This document shows positions 56,378 to 64,000 of a stretch of DNA of 64,000 nt, in pieces (position 1 is the stretch's first letter; each line of letters opens with the position of its first letter). The notes under the pieces are model-generated. The model was not told the DNA's origin. It did no database searches and was given only the letters and a program-made list of their open reading frames with translations. The stretch is from Eubacteriales bacterium. GTDB taxonomy: Bacteria > Bacillota > Clostridia > Oscillospirales > CAG-272. Location: the NCBI GenBank assembly GCA_045655765.1, contig JAZOQA010000046.1, positions 1,586 through 65,585 on the forward strand, given 5' to 3'. The position numbers and the translations under genes are program-made.

Positions 56378-58222
56378 TTACTTTTCTCCCTTGAGAGCTG
56401 CTCGCTTTTGTGCCTGCATACGCTTTCTTGTCGGAGTGTCGAGTATGACCTTGCGGATTCTTATGCTCTTGGGCGTCACCTCGATAAGCTCCTCGTCAGT
56501 GATGAACTCAATCGCCTCCTCAAGGGACATCTGAACGGGAGGGGTAAGAATAAGCTTTTCATCTGCACCTGAGGAACGGATTGCGGTCAGGTGCTTTTCC
56601 TTACATACGTTGACCTCAATGTCATCGCTCTTCGGGTTTTCTCCAACTACCATTCCCTCATAAACGGGGGTCTGCGGACCGATGAACAGAGGTCCTCTGT
56701 CCTGAGACTGATAAAGCCCGTAGGTAGTTGCAACTCCCTTTTCCGATGCGACAAGAGATGAGGTGAAGCGTGTCTTAATCTCTCCCTTAAACGGCTCGTA
56801 GCCTGCAAAGAGAGAAGAAATCAAGCCCTCGCCTCTGGTATCGGTCAAAAGCTCGCTTCTGTAACCAAAGAGACATCTTGTAGGAATGGAATAAAAAATC
56901 TTTTGTCTTGAGCCGTGAAGCTGCATATCAACGAGAGTACCCTTACGCATATTGAGCTTCTCTATAACAGCACCTGCATACGCCTCGGGAACATCTACGA
57001 TAACATTCTCAACAGGCTCGCATTTTACACCGTCGATTTCCTTGAAAAGGACACGGGGGTTGGAGCAGCAAAGCTCGAAGCCCTCACGGCGCATATTTTC
57101 AATAAGAATGGAGAGGTGCATCTCGCCTCTGCCCGCTACCTTGAAGCTGTCTGTGGTTTCTCCGTCGGAAACCCTGAGGGAAACGTCCTTGAGCAGCTCC
57201 TTATAGAGTCTTGCACGCAGGTGACGGGAGGTGACGAACTTACCCTCCTTGCCTGCAAAGGGAGAATCGTTGACTGAAAACGTCATTTCCATAGTAGGCT
57301 CGCCAACCTTGACAAACTCAAGAGGCTCAACCTTGGCGGGTGAGCAAACGGTGTCACCGATAGAAATGTCCTCGCAGCCCGAGAAGCAGATGATGTCACC
57401 AACCCTCGCCTCCGTTACGGGAACTCTTTTAAGTCCGTCGAACTGATATATGGAAACAATTTTACCCGGGCGTGACTTTCCTCCCACGTTATGGTAATTG
57501 CATATAGAAACGCCCTGTCCCTGCTTTATAGAGCCTCGCTCAATGCGTCCGATACCTATTCTTCCCACGAACTCATTGTAGTCGATTGATGAAACAAGCA
57601 GCTGAAGCGGCTCGTCCTCCTCGCCCTCGGGTGCGGGCATATAGTCGAGTATTGTGTCAAGAAGAGGCGTGAGGTCCTTGCCGGGTGCATGAGGGTCGAA
57701 TGATGCCGTGCCTGCTCTGCCCGAGCAGAAGAGCATAGGAGAATCAAGCTGCTCGTTGGTCGCATCAAGCTCAAGGAGAAGCTCAAGCACCTCGTCACCG
57801 ATTTCGTCAAGCCTTGCGTCGGGGCGGTCAATCTTGTTGACGACAACTATAACTCTGTGGTTCATCGACAGTGCCTTTTCCAAGACGAAGCGTGTCTGGG
57901 GCATAGGTCCCTCCGCCGCATCGACAAGAAGAATAACACCGTTAACCATCTTCAAAATACGCTCAACCTCGCCGCCGAAATCAGCGTGACCCGGGGTGTC
58001 TATGACGTTGATTTTTACGTCCTTATAGTGAATTGCCGTATTTTTTGCCAAGATAGTAATGCCTCTTTCACGCTCAAGGTCGTTTGAGTCCATTACACGG
58101 TCTGCCATCTCTTGATTTTCTCTGTAAATACCGCCCTGACGAAGCATCTCATCGACAAGAGTTGTCTTGCCGTGGTCAACGTGGGCGATGATAGCGATAT
58201 TTCTTAAATCCGTACGCTTCAT
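56378..58222 (-). CDS. typA: Translational GTPase TypA/BipA
   Basis: The start MKRTDLRNIAIIAHVDHGKTTL (ATG 58222, after the RBS GAAGGA), with DTPGH and NKID motifs. Confidence 0.9.
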   Translation of the reverse strand: MKRTDLRNIAIIAHVDHGKTTLVDEMLRQGGIYRENQEMADRVMDSNDLERERGITILAKNTAIHYKDVKINVIDTPGHADFGGEVERILKMVNGVILLVDAAEGPMPQTRFVLEKALSMNHRVIVVVNKIDRPDARLDEIGDEVLELLLELDATNEQLDSPMLFCSGRAGTASFDPHAPGKDLTPLLDTILDYMPAPEGEEDEPLQLLVSSIDYNEFVGRIGIGRIERGSIKQGQGVSICNYHNVGGKSRPGKIVSIYQFDGLKRVPVTEARVGDIICFSGCEDISIGDTVCSPAKVEPLEFVKVGEPTMEMTFSVNDSPFAGKEGKFVTSRHLRARLYKELLKDVSLRVSDGETTDSFKVAGRGEMHLSILIENMRREGFELCCSNPRVLFKEIDGVKCEPVENVIVDVPEAYAGAVIEKLNMRKGTLVDMQLHGSRQKIFYSIPTRCLFGYRSELLTDTRGEGLISSLFAGYEPFKGEIKTRFTSSLVASEKGVATTYGLYQSQDRGPLFIGPQTPVYEGMVVGENPKSDDIEVNVCKEKHLTAIRSSGADEKLILTPPVQMSLEEAIEFITDEELIEVTPKSIRIRKVILDTPTRKRMQAQKRAALKGEK

Positions 58223-58259
58223 ATTACGTCCTTCTTTTTTCGTTATTTTCCAACTATAT

Positions 58260-58288
58260 ATTATAACACAAACAAAGAAAAAATGCAA
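58260..58288 (-). promoter_or_regulatory. Promoter of typA
   Basis: On the minus strand: TTGCAT (58288-58283), 17-nt spacer, TATAAT (58265-58260). Confidence 0.45.
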
Positions 58289-58424
58289 ATCTTATTTTTT
58301 ACAGAAATTAAATGCACGATACCCGCAAATTTCGGTTATTTTTTACAATTTTTTCAGGCACATTACATACCAAGGCACATAGAAGCCTCTTATCTAAATA
58401 TAACCTTATCGGCAAAATCAGGCT

Positions 58425-58685
58425 TTATTTCTTTGCGAAAAGAGATGCGAGGAAGCCTTTTTTCACGTATTCCTCTTGTGTGACGCCAAGGACCTTGTAG
58501 CCTAATTTTTCCACCGTTTCCGTAACACGGGTGGGGTCTATGCCCTCTCCGATGATTGTCGTTTCGCCCGCCTTGTGCGAGGATGTGACCTTTGCTTTTG
58601 GGTAAATGCCTCTTACCGCATCGTTGGTGTGTGCCTCGCACATAGAGCACATCATTCCGTCAACCTTTAAAGTGATTTTTTCCAT
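58425..58685 (-). CDS. Heavy-metal-associated (CopZ-like) domain protein
   Basis: The GMMCSMC metal-binding motif in a beta-alpha-beta-beta-alpha-beta-sized domain. Confidence 0.75.
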   Translation of the reverse strand: MEKITLKVDGMMCSMCEAHTNDAVRGIYPKAKVTSSHKAGETTIIGEGIDPTRVTETVEKLGYKVLGVTQEEYVKKGFLASLFAKK

Positions 58686-58698
58686 AGTTCTTTCCTTT

Positions 58699-58737
58699 CA
58701 AAAATAATGGTAGTTAGCACTCGCTAACTACCATTAT
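58699..58737 (-). terminator. Terminator downstream of the displaced serA 3' fragment, probably the original serA terminator
   Basis: 15-bp stem ATAATGGTAGTTAGC / GCTAACTACCATTAT, followed on the minus strand by TTTTTG. Confidence 0.6.
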
Positions 58738-58770
58738 ACTCTTTGTTTTTCAGTTTGTCAAGAGAGAAAT

Positions 58771-58964
58771 TTATTCAATTACACGTACACGAATCATACC
58801 CTCTATCGCTTCAAGAGCAGGGATGCTCCTTGCGGGGATTTTCTCGTTGATTTCGACTATTGTATAAGCGTAATCGCCCTTGGAGCTGTTGGAGAGATTT
58901 TCGATATTTATGCCTGCCCCCGAAACTATGGCGGTGATGCGTGAGAGAGTATTTGCGATGTTTA
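58771..58964 (-). pseudogene. Orphan 3' fragment of a serA allele, encoding the ACT-domain C-terminus (about 64 codons plus stop)
   Basis: Aligns without gaps to 60120-60313, the 3' end of intact serA, at about 86% nucleotide identity by my hand count. It encodes ...IANTLSRITAIVSGAGINIENLS...IPALEAIEGMIRVRVIE*. The reading frame is closed immediately upstream. Confidence 0.8.
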
Positions 58965-59034
58965 GAAGAAATCTATGTCTTCAGACTGCAGAGAGGCGTA
59001 TATTTCAGCTGAAAATTAACAAAACACAGCAAAG

Positions 59035-59079
59035 AAAAAACGAGGTACTGTTAGTTTACAATACCTCGCTTCTTTTTTC
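59035..59079. terminator. Bidirectional terminator at the left end of the insert
   Basis: AAAAAA, then CGAGGTA ... TACCTCG, then CTTCTTTTTT. Confidence 0.5.
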
Positions 59080-59104
59080 GGTTATATCAAATTACGAAAG
59101 CCAT

Positions 59105-59347
59105 TTATTCTAAATCTAAATTATCGGGACTGAATACTTCGTCGTCTAAAAACTCACAAAGAGACATATCAAAACCATTTGCAAGCATAATAACGGTGCT
59201 TAAAGTCACCGTTTTATTTCGTCCGTTCATTATGCACTGCATACTTCCGTGCTGAATCCCTGATTTCTGTTCTAAGCGATATTGGGTCATTTCTTTTTCT
59301 TTAAGCAGTCCAAAAATACGCTTTGCAACAGCATTATTTACAGTCAA
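59105..59347 (-). CDS. XRE-family helix-turn-helix transcriptional regulator (about 80 aa)
   Basis: The HTH segment is MTQYRLEQKSGIQHGSMQCIMNG. The likely start is the TTG at 59347, 9 nt after GGAGG. The track ORF begins at the TTG at 59365, which lies inside that RBS. Confidence 0.7.
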   Translation of the reverse strand: MTVNNAVAKRIFGLLKEKEMTQYRLEQKSGIQHGSMQCIMNGRNKTVTLSTVIMLANGFDMSLCEFLDDEVFSPDNLDLE

Positions 59348-59434
59348 GACTATGCCCCTCCTCAATGCGAAGATTTAACTACGCAGTTTCGCCTACACAT
59401 ATATTTTATCAGCAAAATAAAAAAATTATAAGAA

Positions 59435-59500
59435 TGTATACCTACATATCGATTGATTTTTCTTACGGCTTGTGATATACTATGTAGGTATACCTACGTA
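59435..59500. promoter_or_regulatory. Candidate operator in the divergent XRE / DUF1273 intergenic region
   Basis: TATACCTACATA (59437-59448) is the exact reverse complement of TATGTAGGTATA (59481-59492). The second site extends into the palindrome TAGGTATACCTA (59486-59497). Confidence 0.5.
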
Positions 59501-59513
59501 TAGGAGAAATTTT

Positions 59514-59978
59514 ATGACTGTTGCATTCTTTGGACACGCTCAATTCTATGAAAGAGAGGAATATAAGCAAAAAATATTTGCTTTCTTGGAAACTAAAATT
59601 GGAGACCTTGAGGTAGATATGTATTTTGGCGGCTACGGTTCTTTCGACAATTTTGCATATAACTGTTGCAAAAAGTATCAGACAACACACCCAAAAATTT
59701 CTTTGATTCTTATAACTCCTTACATAACTATGGAATATCAGAAAAACCATTTGAACTATGAACAGTACAAATATGACGCCATAATCTATCCTGAAATTGA
59801 GGACAAACCGCTTCGTTTTGCCATTTCTTACCGCAACAAATGGATGGTGGAAAAAGCCGATTATGTTGTAACTTATGTTTCACACGCTTGGGGCGGTGCT
59901 TGCTCAGCTTATAAATACGCAAAAAGAAAAGGCAAGGCAATTTTCAACATTGGCGATTTAAAAGATTTAGCGTTATAA
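59514..59978 (+). CDS. DUF1273 / SLOG-superfamily (YpsA/YoqJ-like) protein
   Basis: The start MTVAFFGH follows a GGAGAA RBS (ATG 59514). The pattern FFGH...GGYGSFD...ILITPY...RNKWMVEKADYVV resembles DUF1273 proteins as I remember them. Confidence 0.6.
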   Translation: MTVAFFGHAQFYEREEYKQKIFAFLETKIGDLEVDMYFGGYGSFDNFAYNCCKKYQTTHPKISLILITPYITMEYQKNHLNYEQYKYDAIIYPEIEDKPLRFAISYRNKWMVEKADYVVTYVSHAWGGACSAYKYAKRKGKAIFNIGDLKDLAL

Positions 59979-60065
59979 ATTATGCTTGGTAAGAATTGGC
60001 ATCCATCTTTTAACTTATTTCTTTATAACGACCTCCTTCGGGGTGATTTGTCACTTTCTTTACTC

Positions 60066-60103
60066 TAAAAAACAAAGACAGTTGGTAAAAACCAACTGCC
60101 TTT
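60066..60103 (-). terminator. Terminator of the intact serA
   Basis: Stem CAAAGACAGTTGG / CCAACTGCCTTTG, with TTTTTT on the minus strand. Confidence 0.6.
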
Positions 60104-60119
60104 GTGCTTCTTTATTAAA

Positions 60120-61280
60120 TTATTCAATTACACGCACACGAATCATACCCTCTATCGCTTCGAGAGCGGGGATGATCTCGGCAGGAACCTCATCGTCCAT
60201 TTCGACTATTGTATAAGCGTAGTCGCACTTTGAGCCGTTGGAGAGATTTTCGATGTTTATGCCTGCCCCCGAAACTATGGCGGTGATTTGAGAGAGTGTG
60301 TTTGCGATATTTTTATGGGAGAGGCAAATTCTCGAGCGACCCGTGTGAGGAATGGAAACGGAGGGATAGTTGACAGAATTTCTGATGTTTCCTGTGGCGA
60401 GGAACTCGTCAAGCTGCTCTGCTGCCATTACGGCACAGTTGTCCTCGCTTTCCTCTGTGGACGCACCGAGGTGAGGGATGTTTACGGTATTTTTGAGTCC
60501 GACGGTCTCGGGAGTTGGGAAATCGGTGACGTAAGCGGCAACCTTGCCCGATTCGAGAGCCGCTTTAATATCCTCGGAGTTTACGAGGTCGGCTCTTGCG
60601 AGGTTGATTATACGCACGCCGTCCTTCATCTTCGCTATCGTGTCCTTGTTAATCATTCCCTTTGTGTCCTTGGTTGAGGGTACGTGGAGAGTGATGTAGT
60701 CAGCCGTTTCGTAAATTTCATCGTAATTCTTCGCATTGTGAACCGAGCTTGACAGGCTCCACGCCGCCTTTACGGTGAGGAACGGGTCGCAGCCTGCGAC
60801 ACGCATACCGAGGTTCTTTGCTGTGTTTGCGACAAGACCGCCTATTGCTCCAAGTCCGATAACACCAAGAGTCTTGCCGAGGATTTCACAGCCTGCAAAT
60901 TTTGACTTGCCCTTTTCGACGGTTTTTGCAATATCCGGGTCGTCTGCAATGCTCTTAACCCACTCTATACCGCCTACAACGTCACGGGAAGCAAGCAAAA
61001 GTGCCAGAACGGCAAGCTCCTTTACGCCATTTGCGTTTGCACCGGGGGTGTTGAAGACCACAATGCCGCGCTCTGCACATTTTTCAAGCGGAATGTTGTT
61101 GACACCCGCCCCTGCCCTTGCTATGGCAAGCAGCCCGTCGCCAAGAGGCATATCGTGCATCACAGCCGAGCGAACCATTATTGCATCGGGAGCCTCCACG
61201 CTCTCGGAAATCTCGTAATCAGCACCGAAAACGTCGGTACCCACCTTTGCTATTTTGTTCAAAAGCTTTATTTTTTTCAT
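60120..61280 (-). CDS. serA: D-3-phosphoglycerate dehydrogenase with a C-terminal ACT domain
   Basis: The NAD fold GVIGLGAIGG and the 2-hydroxyacid dehydrogenase core. It sits downstream of serC. Confidence 0.85.
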   Translation of the reverse strand: MKKIKLLNKIAKVGTDVFGADYEISESVEAPDAIMVRSAVMHDMPLGDGLLAIARAGAGVNNIPLEKCAERGIVVFNTPGANANGVKELAVLALLLASRDVVGGIEWVKSIADDPDIAKTVEKGKSKFAGCEILGKTLGVIGLGAIGGLVANTAKNLGMRVAGCDPFLTVKAAWSLSSSVHNAKNYDEIYETADYITLHVPSTKDTKGMINKDTIAKMKDGVRIINLARADLVNSEDIKAALESGKVAAYVTDFPTPETVGLKNTVNIPHLGASTEESEDNCAVMAAEQLDEFLATGNIRNSVNYPSVSIPHTGRSRICLSHKNIANTLSQITAIVSGAGINIENLSNGSKCDYAYTIVEMDDEVPAEIIPALEAIEGMIRVRVIE

Positions 61281-61368
61281 TATGTTTCCCCTTTCAAAAT
61301 AAAAAAATTGCGAACCGCCCTCTCTCGCTCAATGCTGTCAGAATCCGGACGGTTCGCTTTCTTTAAAA

Positions 61369-62469
61369 TTAAAATGCGAGCTTGGAATTTTCCTCTGCAA
61401 ATTTCTTCATAAATGCGACAAGTGCCTCGACACCCTCATACGGCATACAGTTGTAAATCGAGGCTCTCATTCCTCCGACGGATCTGTGTCCCTTGAGGCT
61501 CTTGAGACCGACCTTTGCCGCCTCCTTTACAAACTTTTCATCAAGAGCCGCCTCACCTGTGGAGAAAACTACGTTCATAAGAGAACGGCACTTCTTGTCT
61601 ACGCTTGCGATATAGTAATTCTGTCCGTCGAGATAATCGTAAAGCAGACTCGCCTTCTTCTCATTGCGACGCTTCATCTCCTCAAGACCTCCGATAGAAA
61701 GAAGCCAATCGAATACAAGCTTTGCCATATAAATCGACCAACACGGGGGGGTGTTGTACATTGAATCATTGTCTGAAATTTCCTTGTAATTGAGCATTAC
61801 TGGAGTGTCAGGACGTGCGTTACCGAGCAGGTCGTTTCTTACGATCACGATTGTAAGTCCTGCAGGTGCTACGTTCTTTTGTGCTCCTGCATAAATAAGT
61901 GCGAACTTTGAAACGTCAATAGGCTCGGAGAGTATGCACGAGGACATATCTGCAACGAGCGGAATGTTGCCTGTGTCGGGAATATAGTGGAACTTCGTTC
62001 CGTAAATTGTGTTGTTAAAGCACATATGCACATAGTCTGTATCCGGGCGGAAGTCCGAACGTGTAGTTTCGGGAACTGTGGAGAATGTCGGATTTGCTCC
62101 TCCGCTTGATGCCGCTATGGCAACGTCGGCATACTTTTTCGCCTCAGTGGCAGCCTTCTTTGAAAACGAGCCTGATATAATATAGTCTGCACACTTGCGT
62201 TCAGAGAGAAGATTGAGAGGAACTGCGGCAAACTGCGTAGAGGCACCGCCCTGCATAAATAATACTTTGTAGTTTTCAGGAATGTTCATAAGCTCACGCA
62301 GTGACTTTTCCGCCGAGGAAATAATCGCCATAAAGTCTGACGATCTGTGACTCATCTCCATAACCGACATTCCCGACGTTCCGTATGAAAGCATTTCTGC
62401 CTGTGCCTTTTTCAGAACTTCGAGGGGGAGCATAGAGGGGCCTGCGGAAAAGTTGTAGACTCTTTCCAT
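61369..62469 (-). CDS. serC: Phosphoserine aminotransferase
   Basis: MERVYNFSAGPSMLP and class V aminotransferase features. Confidence 0.9.
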   Translation of the reverse strand: MERVYNFSAGPSMLPLEVLKKAQAEMLSYGTSGMSVMEMSHRSSDFMAIISSAEKSLRELMNIPENYKVLFMQGGASTQFAAVPLNLLSERKCADYIISGSFSKKAATEAKKYADVAIAASSGGANPTFSTVPETTRSDFRPDTDYVHMCFNNTIYGTKFHYIPDTGNIPLVADMSSCILSEPIDVSKFALIYAGAQKNVAPAGLTIVIVRNDLLGNARPDTPVMLNYKEISDNDSMYNTPPCWSIYMAKLVFDWLLSIGGLEEMKRRNEKKASLLYDYLDGQNYYIASVDKKCRSLMNVVFSTGEAALDEKFVKEAAKVGLKSLKGHRSVGGMRASIYNCMPYEGVEALVAFMKKFAEENSKLAF

Positions 62470-62568
62470 TGTTTTTACCTGTGCCTTACCGTTTTTTCGG
62501 TAATTCCTTTCTTAAAAATTCTTCATCAGTTTCAAGCAAAAAATGTGTCTAAAATTAAAATTGTTCTT

Positions 62569-62597
62569 ATTATACTACTTTGGTAGACATTTGTCAA
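62569..62597 (-). promoter_or_regulatory. Promoter of serC-serA
   Basis: On the minus strand: TTGACA (62597-62592), 17-nt spacer, TATAAT (62574-62569). Confidence 0.5.
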
Positions 62598-62993
62598 TGC
62601 ATTTTGAAAAAAATATTTTTTGAAATTTAATAAAAAAGCCCCCTCTCATATACGTATATTTTTGTAAGTAATCATTACCAAACGGTCAGAGAAAGCTGCC
62701 CTTTGACGTTTTTATAATAAAAATCACACAAAGCAAAAACATTTCATTATAATATTATATGTACAAAAGACGAAAAAATCCGTTGCTGGATTTACAATTT
62801 CACATTTTATGAATCATTATAAGCAAAAATTTATATTTTTTGATGCAAAACACACTGTCACAAAAGCTTTTTTTAATTCAAAAACGCTTTTTAAAAATTA
62901 TGTATTGACTTTTTATTTAATTTATGTTATTATAATTAGGCTGATTTGTAGAGAGCGAATTTTTCACTCCTTTCAAAAATCACAAAGCCACGC

Positions 62994-63047
62994 ACATCTA
63001 ACGTATATCTAACGCTTTTCAAAAAACAATTTAATACGCAGGAATAT
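62994..63047 (+). repeat. Direct repeat copy 1, containing the tRNA-Ser upstream region plus the first 10 nt of the tRNA
   Basis: ACATCTAACGTATATCTAACGCTTTTCAAAAAACAATTTAATACGCAGGAATAT closely matches 63233-63289. Confidence 0.7.
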
Positions 63048-63108
63048 TTCGCCATTCTGCGAAGATACTCGCCAAAGCGAGTATGCGAACACAAATTTCA
63101 AAAAATAC

Positions 63109-63149
63109 GCAGGCTTATCGAAGTGGTCACAACGAGGCGGTCTTGAAAA
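63109..63149 (+). pseudogene. Truncated tRNA-Ser copy (5' half up to the anticodon loop)
   Basis: GCAGGCTTATCGAAGTGGTCACAACGAGGCGGTCTTGAAAA differs from 63280-63320 at 3 positions. Similarity ends in the anticodon loop. Confidence 0.7.
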
Positions 63150-63232
63150 TTTGTCGGTCAATCGGTCGATAAAACCCCGAAACCCCTTGAAAACACTGAC
63201 TATTTCGGGACTCCGAAAAATGCAAAAACTCG

Positions 63233-63289
63233 CATATCTAACGTAATATCTAACACTTTCTAAAATCACAATTTAATACGCAGGAATAT
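63233..63289 (+). repeat. Direct repeat copy 2, immediately upstream of and running into the intact tRNA-Ser
   Basis: See 62994-63047. Confidence 0.7.
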
Positions 63290-63367
63290 CGAAGCGGTCA
63301 CAACGAGGCGGTCTTGAAAACCGTTTGCCCAAAAGGCACGGGGGTTCGAATCCCTCTTCCTGCGCCA
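63280..63367 (+). tRNA. tRNA-Ser (anticodon UGA) with a long variable arm, CCA encoded
   Basis: Folded by hand. Acceptor GCAGGAA/TTCCTGC, anticodon stem GCGGT/ACCGT with loop CTTGAAA, variable arm TTGCCCAAAAGGCAC, T-arm GGGGG-TTCGAAT-CCCTC, then G plus CCA. 88 nt. Confidence 0.85.
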
Positions 63368-63409
63368 AAAAATAAGGACATCCCTTGCGGGTGTCCTTTA
63401 TTTTTTGCC
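63368..63409 (+). terminator. Terminator of tRNA-Ser
   Basis: AAGGACATCCC-TTGC-GGGTGTCCTT followed by TATTTTTT. Confidence 0.6.
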
Positions 63410-63592
63410 ACAGTCAGAGGCTCTCGAACGCCCCTCTGTGACTCTCCGAGTCGCAGAATGGGGTTCGCATTTGAGCCGTAGAGCGCGTCAAGCTCGCTTG
63501 TAAGCGGCAAGGCGAAAAATCTTTACCAAAGGTGAATACCCCTCTTTCAAGCCTATTGTCAAACTAAAATTTGAGAGCGCTTGTAAAAATCA

Positions 63593-64000
63593 TTAGCTTT
63601 CAAACTCTTTTAGCTCTTCAAGAGGAGCTTTTGAAGTATCAATTTCCATACCTTCTTTTAACCAATCTGCTTTATCATAACCCGTGCCCGTTAATTCAAA
63701 TACTTCACCTTTATACCCTAGAGCCTTAACCCATCCCCATTCTACAAGTCGGTCTAAAGCCTCAACCCATCTTGCAGATTCTCTTCTTGAGTTATCAGCC
63801 ATAAATTGTTTACCAGAAGTACAGACCTGAGTAGGCGAATTAAGTGTCTGAATCTTTAAAATCTGACCATCACCATCAGCTGCATATACTAACAGAAAAG
63901 CCGAATCCACAGGAATGTTGCCAACATCATCTTGTCCCACAACCGAATTATTGCCACTTGGATTTCCGATAATTAATGTCTCGTTTTCAACTCGAAACAG
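63593..64000 (-). CDS. 3' part of an ORF that continues beyond the right edge; function unknown
   Basis: The frame stays open from 63940 to nt 64000 (LFRVENETLIIGNPSGNNSVV... upstream of the track's GTG). I recognise no family. Confidence 0.5.
   Translation of the reverse strand: MFRVENETLIIGNPSGNNSVVGQDDVGNIPVDSAFLLVYAADGDGQILKIQTLNSPTQVCTSGKQFMADNSRRESARWVEALDRLVEWGWVKALGYKGEVFELTGTGYDKADWLKEGMEIDTSKAPLEELKEFES

Noticed and set aside
62809-63012. A 67-aa ORF in the AT-rich region upstream of tRNA-Ser.
   Set aside because: It has low-complexity Phe/Ile/Lys-rich composition typical of AT-rich non-coding DNA, and it lacks an RBS.
63009-63510. Track ORFs of 86 aa and 70 aa on the minus strand near tRNA-Ser.
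   Set aside because: They overlap the tRNA-Ser gene, its fragments and its terminator. They have no RBS and no recognisable fold.

Overview
The window looks like chromosome from a Clostridia-type Firmicute (Oscillospiraceae/Ruminococcaceae-like). This is judged only from about 50% GC, GGAGG-type RBSs, TTGACA-17-TATAAT promoters, hairpin/T-run terminators and gene content. I support about 50 protein genes, 2 tRNAs and 1 riboswitch. I see no rRNA, CRISPR array, transposase or integrase.

Layout, left to right:
- (1) A truncated toxin-like ORF tail with an overlapping small acidic ORF.
- (2) An MFS transporter.
- (3) Two paralogous lipoproteins on the minus strand, diverging from a 16-kb plus-strand operon. 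The operon encodes a 2,546-aa subtilase-LRR surface protein, an InlB-repeat lipoprotein, a five-gene Opp-type ABC importer and a small membrane protein.
- (4) A CaCA antiporter.
- (5) tRNA-Arg, with an unusual repeat/hairpin ladder at its 3' side.
- (6) A GT8/acyltransferase cluster plus a hemolysin-III gene.
- (7) Housekeeping genes: aspS, a queG-like gene, plsY, tsaEB, rpiB and a radical SAM gene.
- (8) An eight-gene pur operon (purE-F-M-N-O-H-D-L) behind a ZTP riboswitch. Its PurF lacks the glutaminase nucleophile.
- (9) yitT, yceD-rpmF, a HAD hydrolase, a WYL regulator, gdhA, a flippase, typA and a copZ-like gene.
- (10) serC-serA, where a 1.15-kb XRE/SLOG insert is flanked by a diverged duplicate of the serA 3' end.
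- (11) tRNA-Ser with truncated upstream copies, followed by an ORF running off the right edge.

The best candidates for something new are the protease-LRR/Opp locus with its His/Cys-module lipoproteins, the Cys-less PurF, the tRNA-Arg-proximal repeat ladder, the permuted GT8/LPLAT cluster and the serA-end mini-island. All functional calls come from reading motifs by eye. No database search was run.
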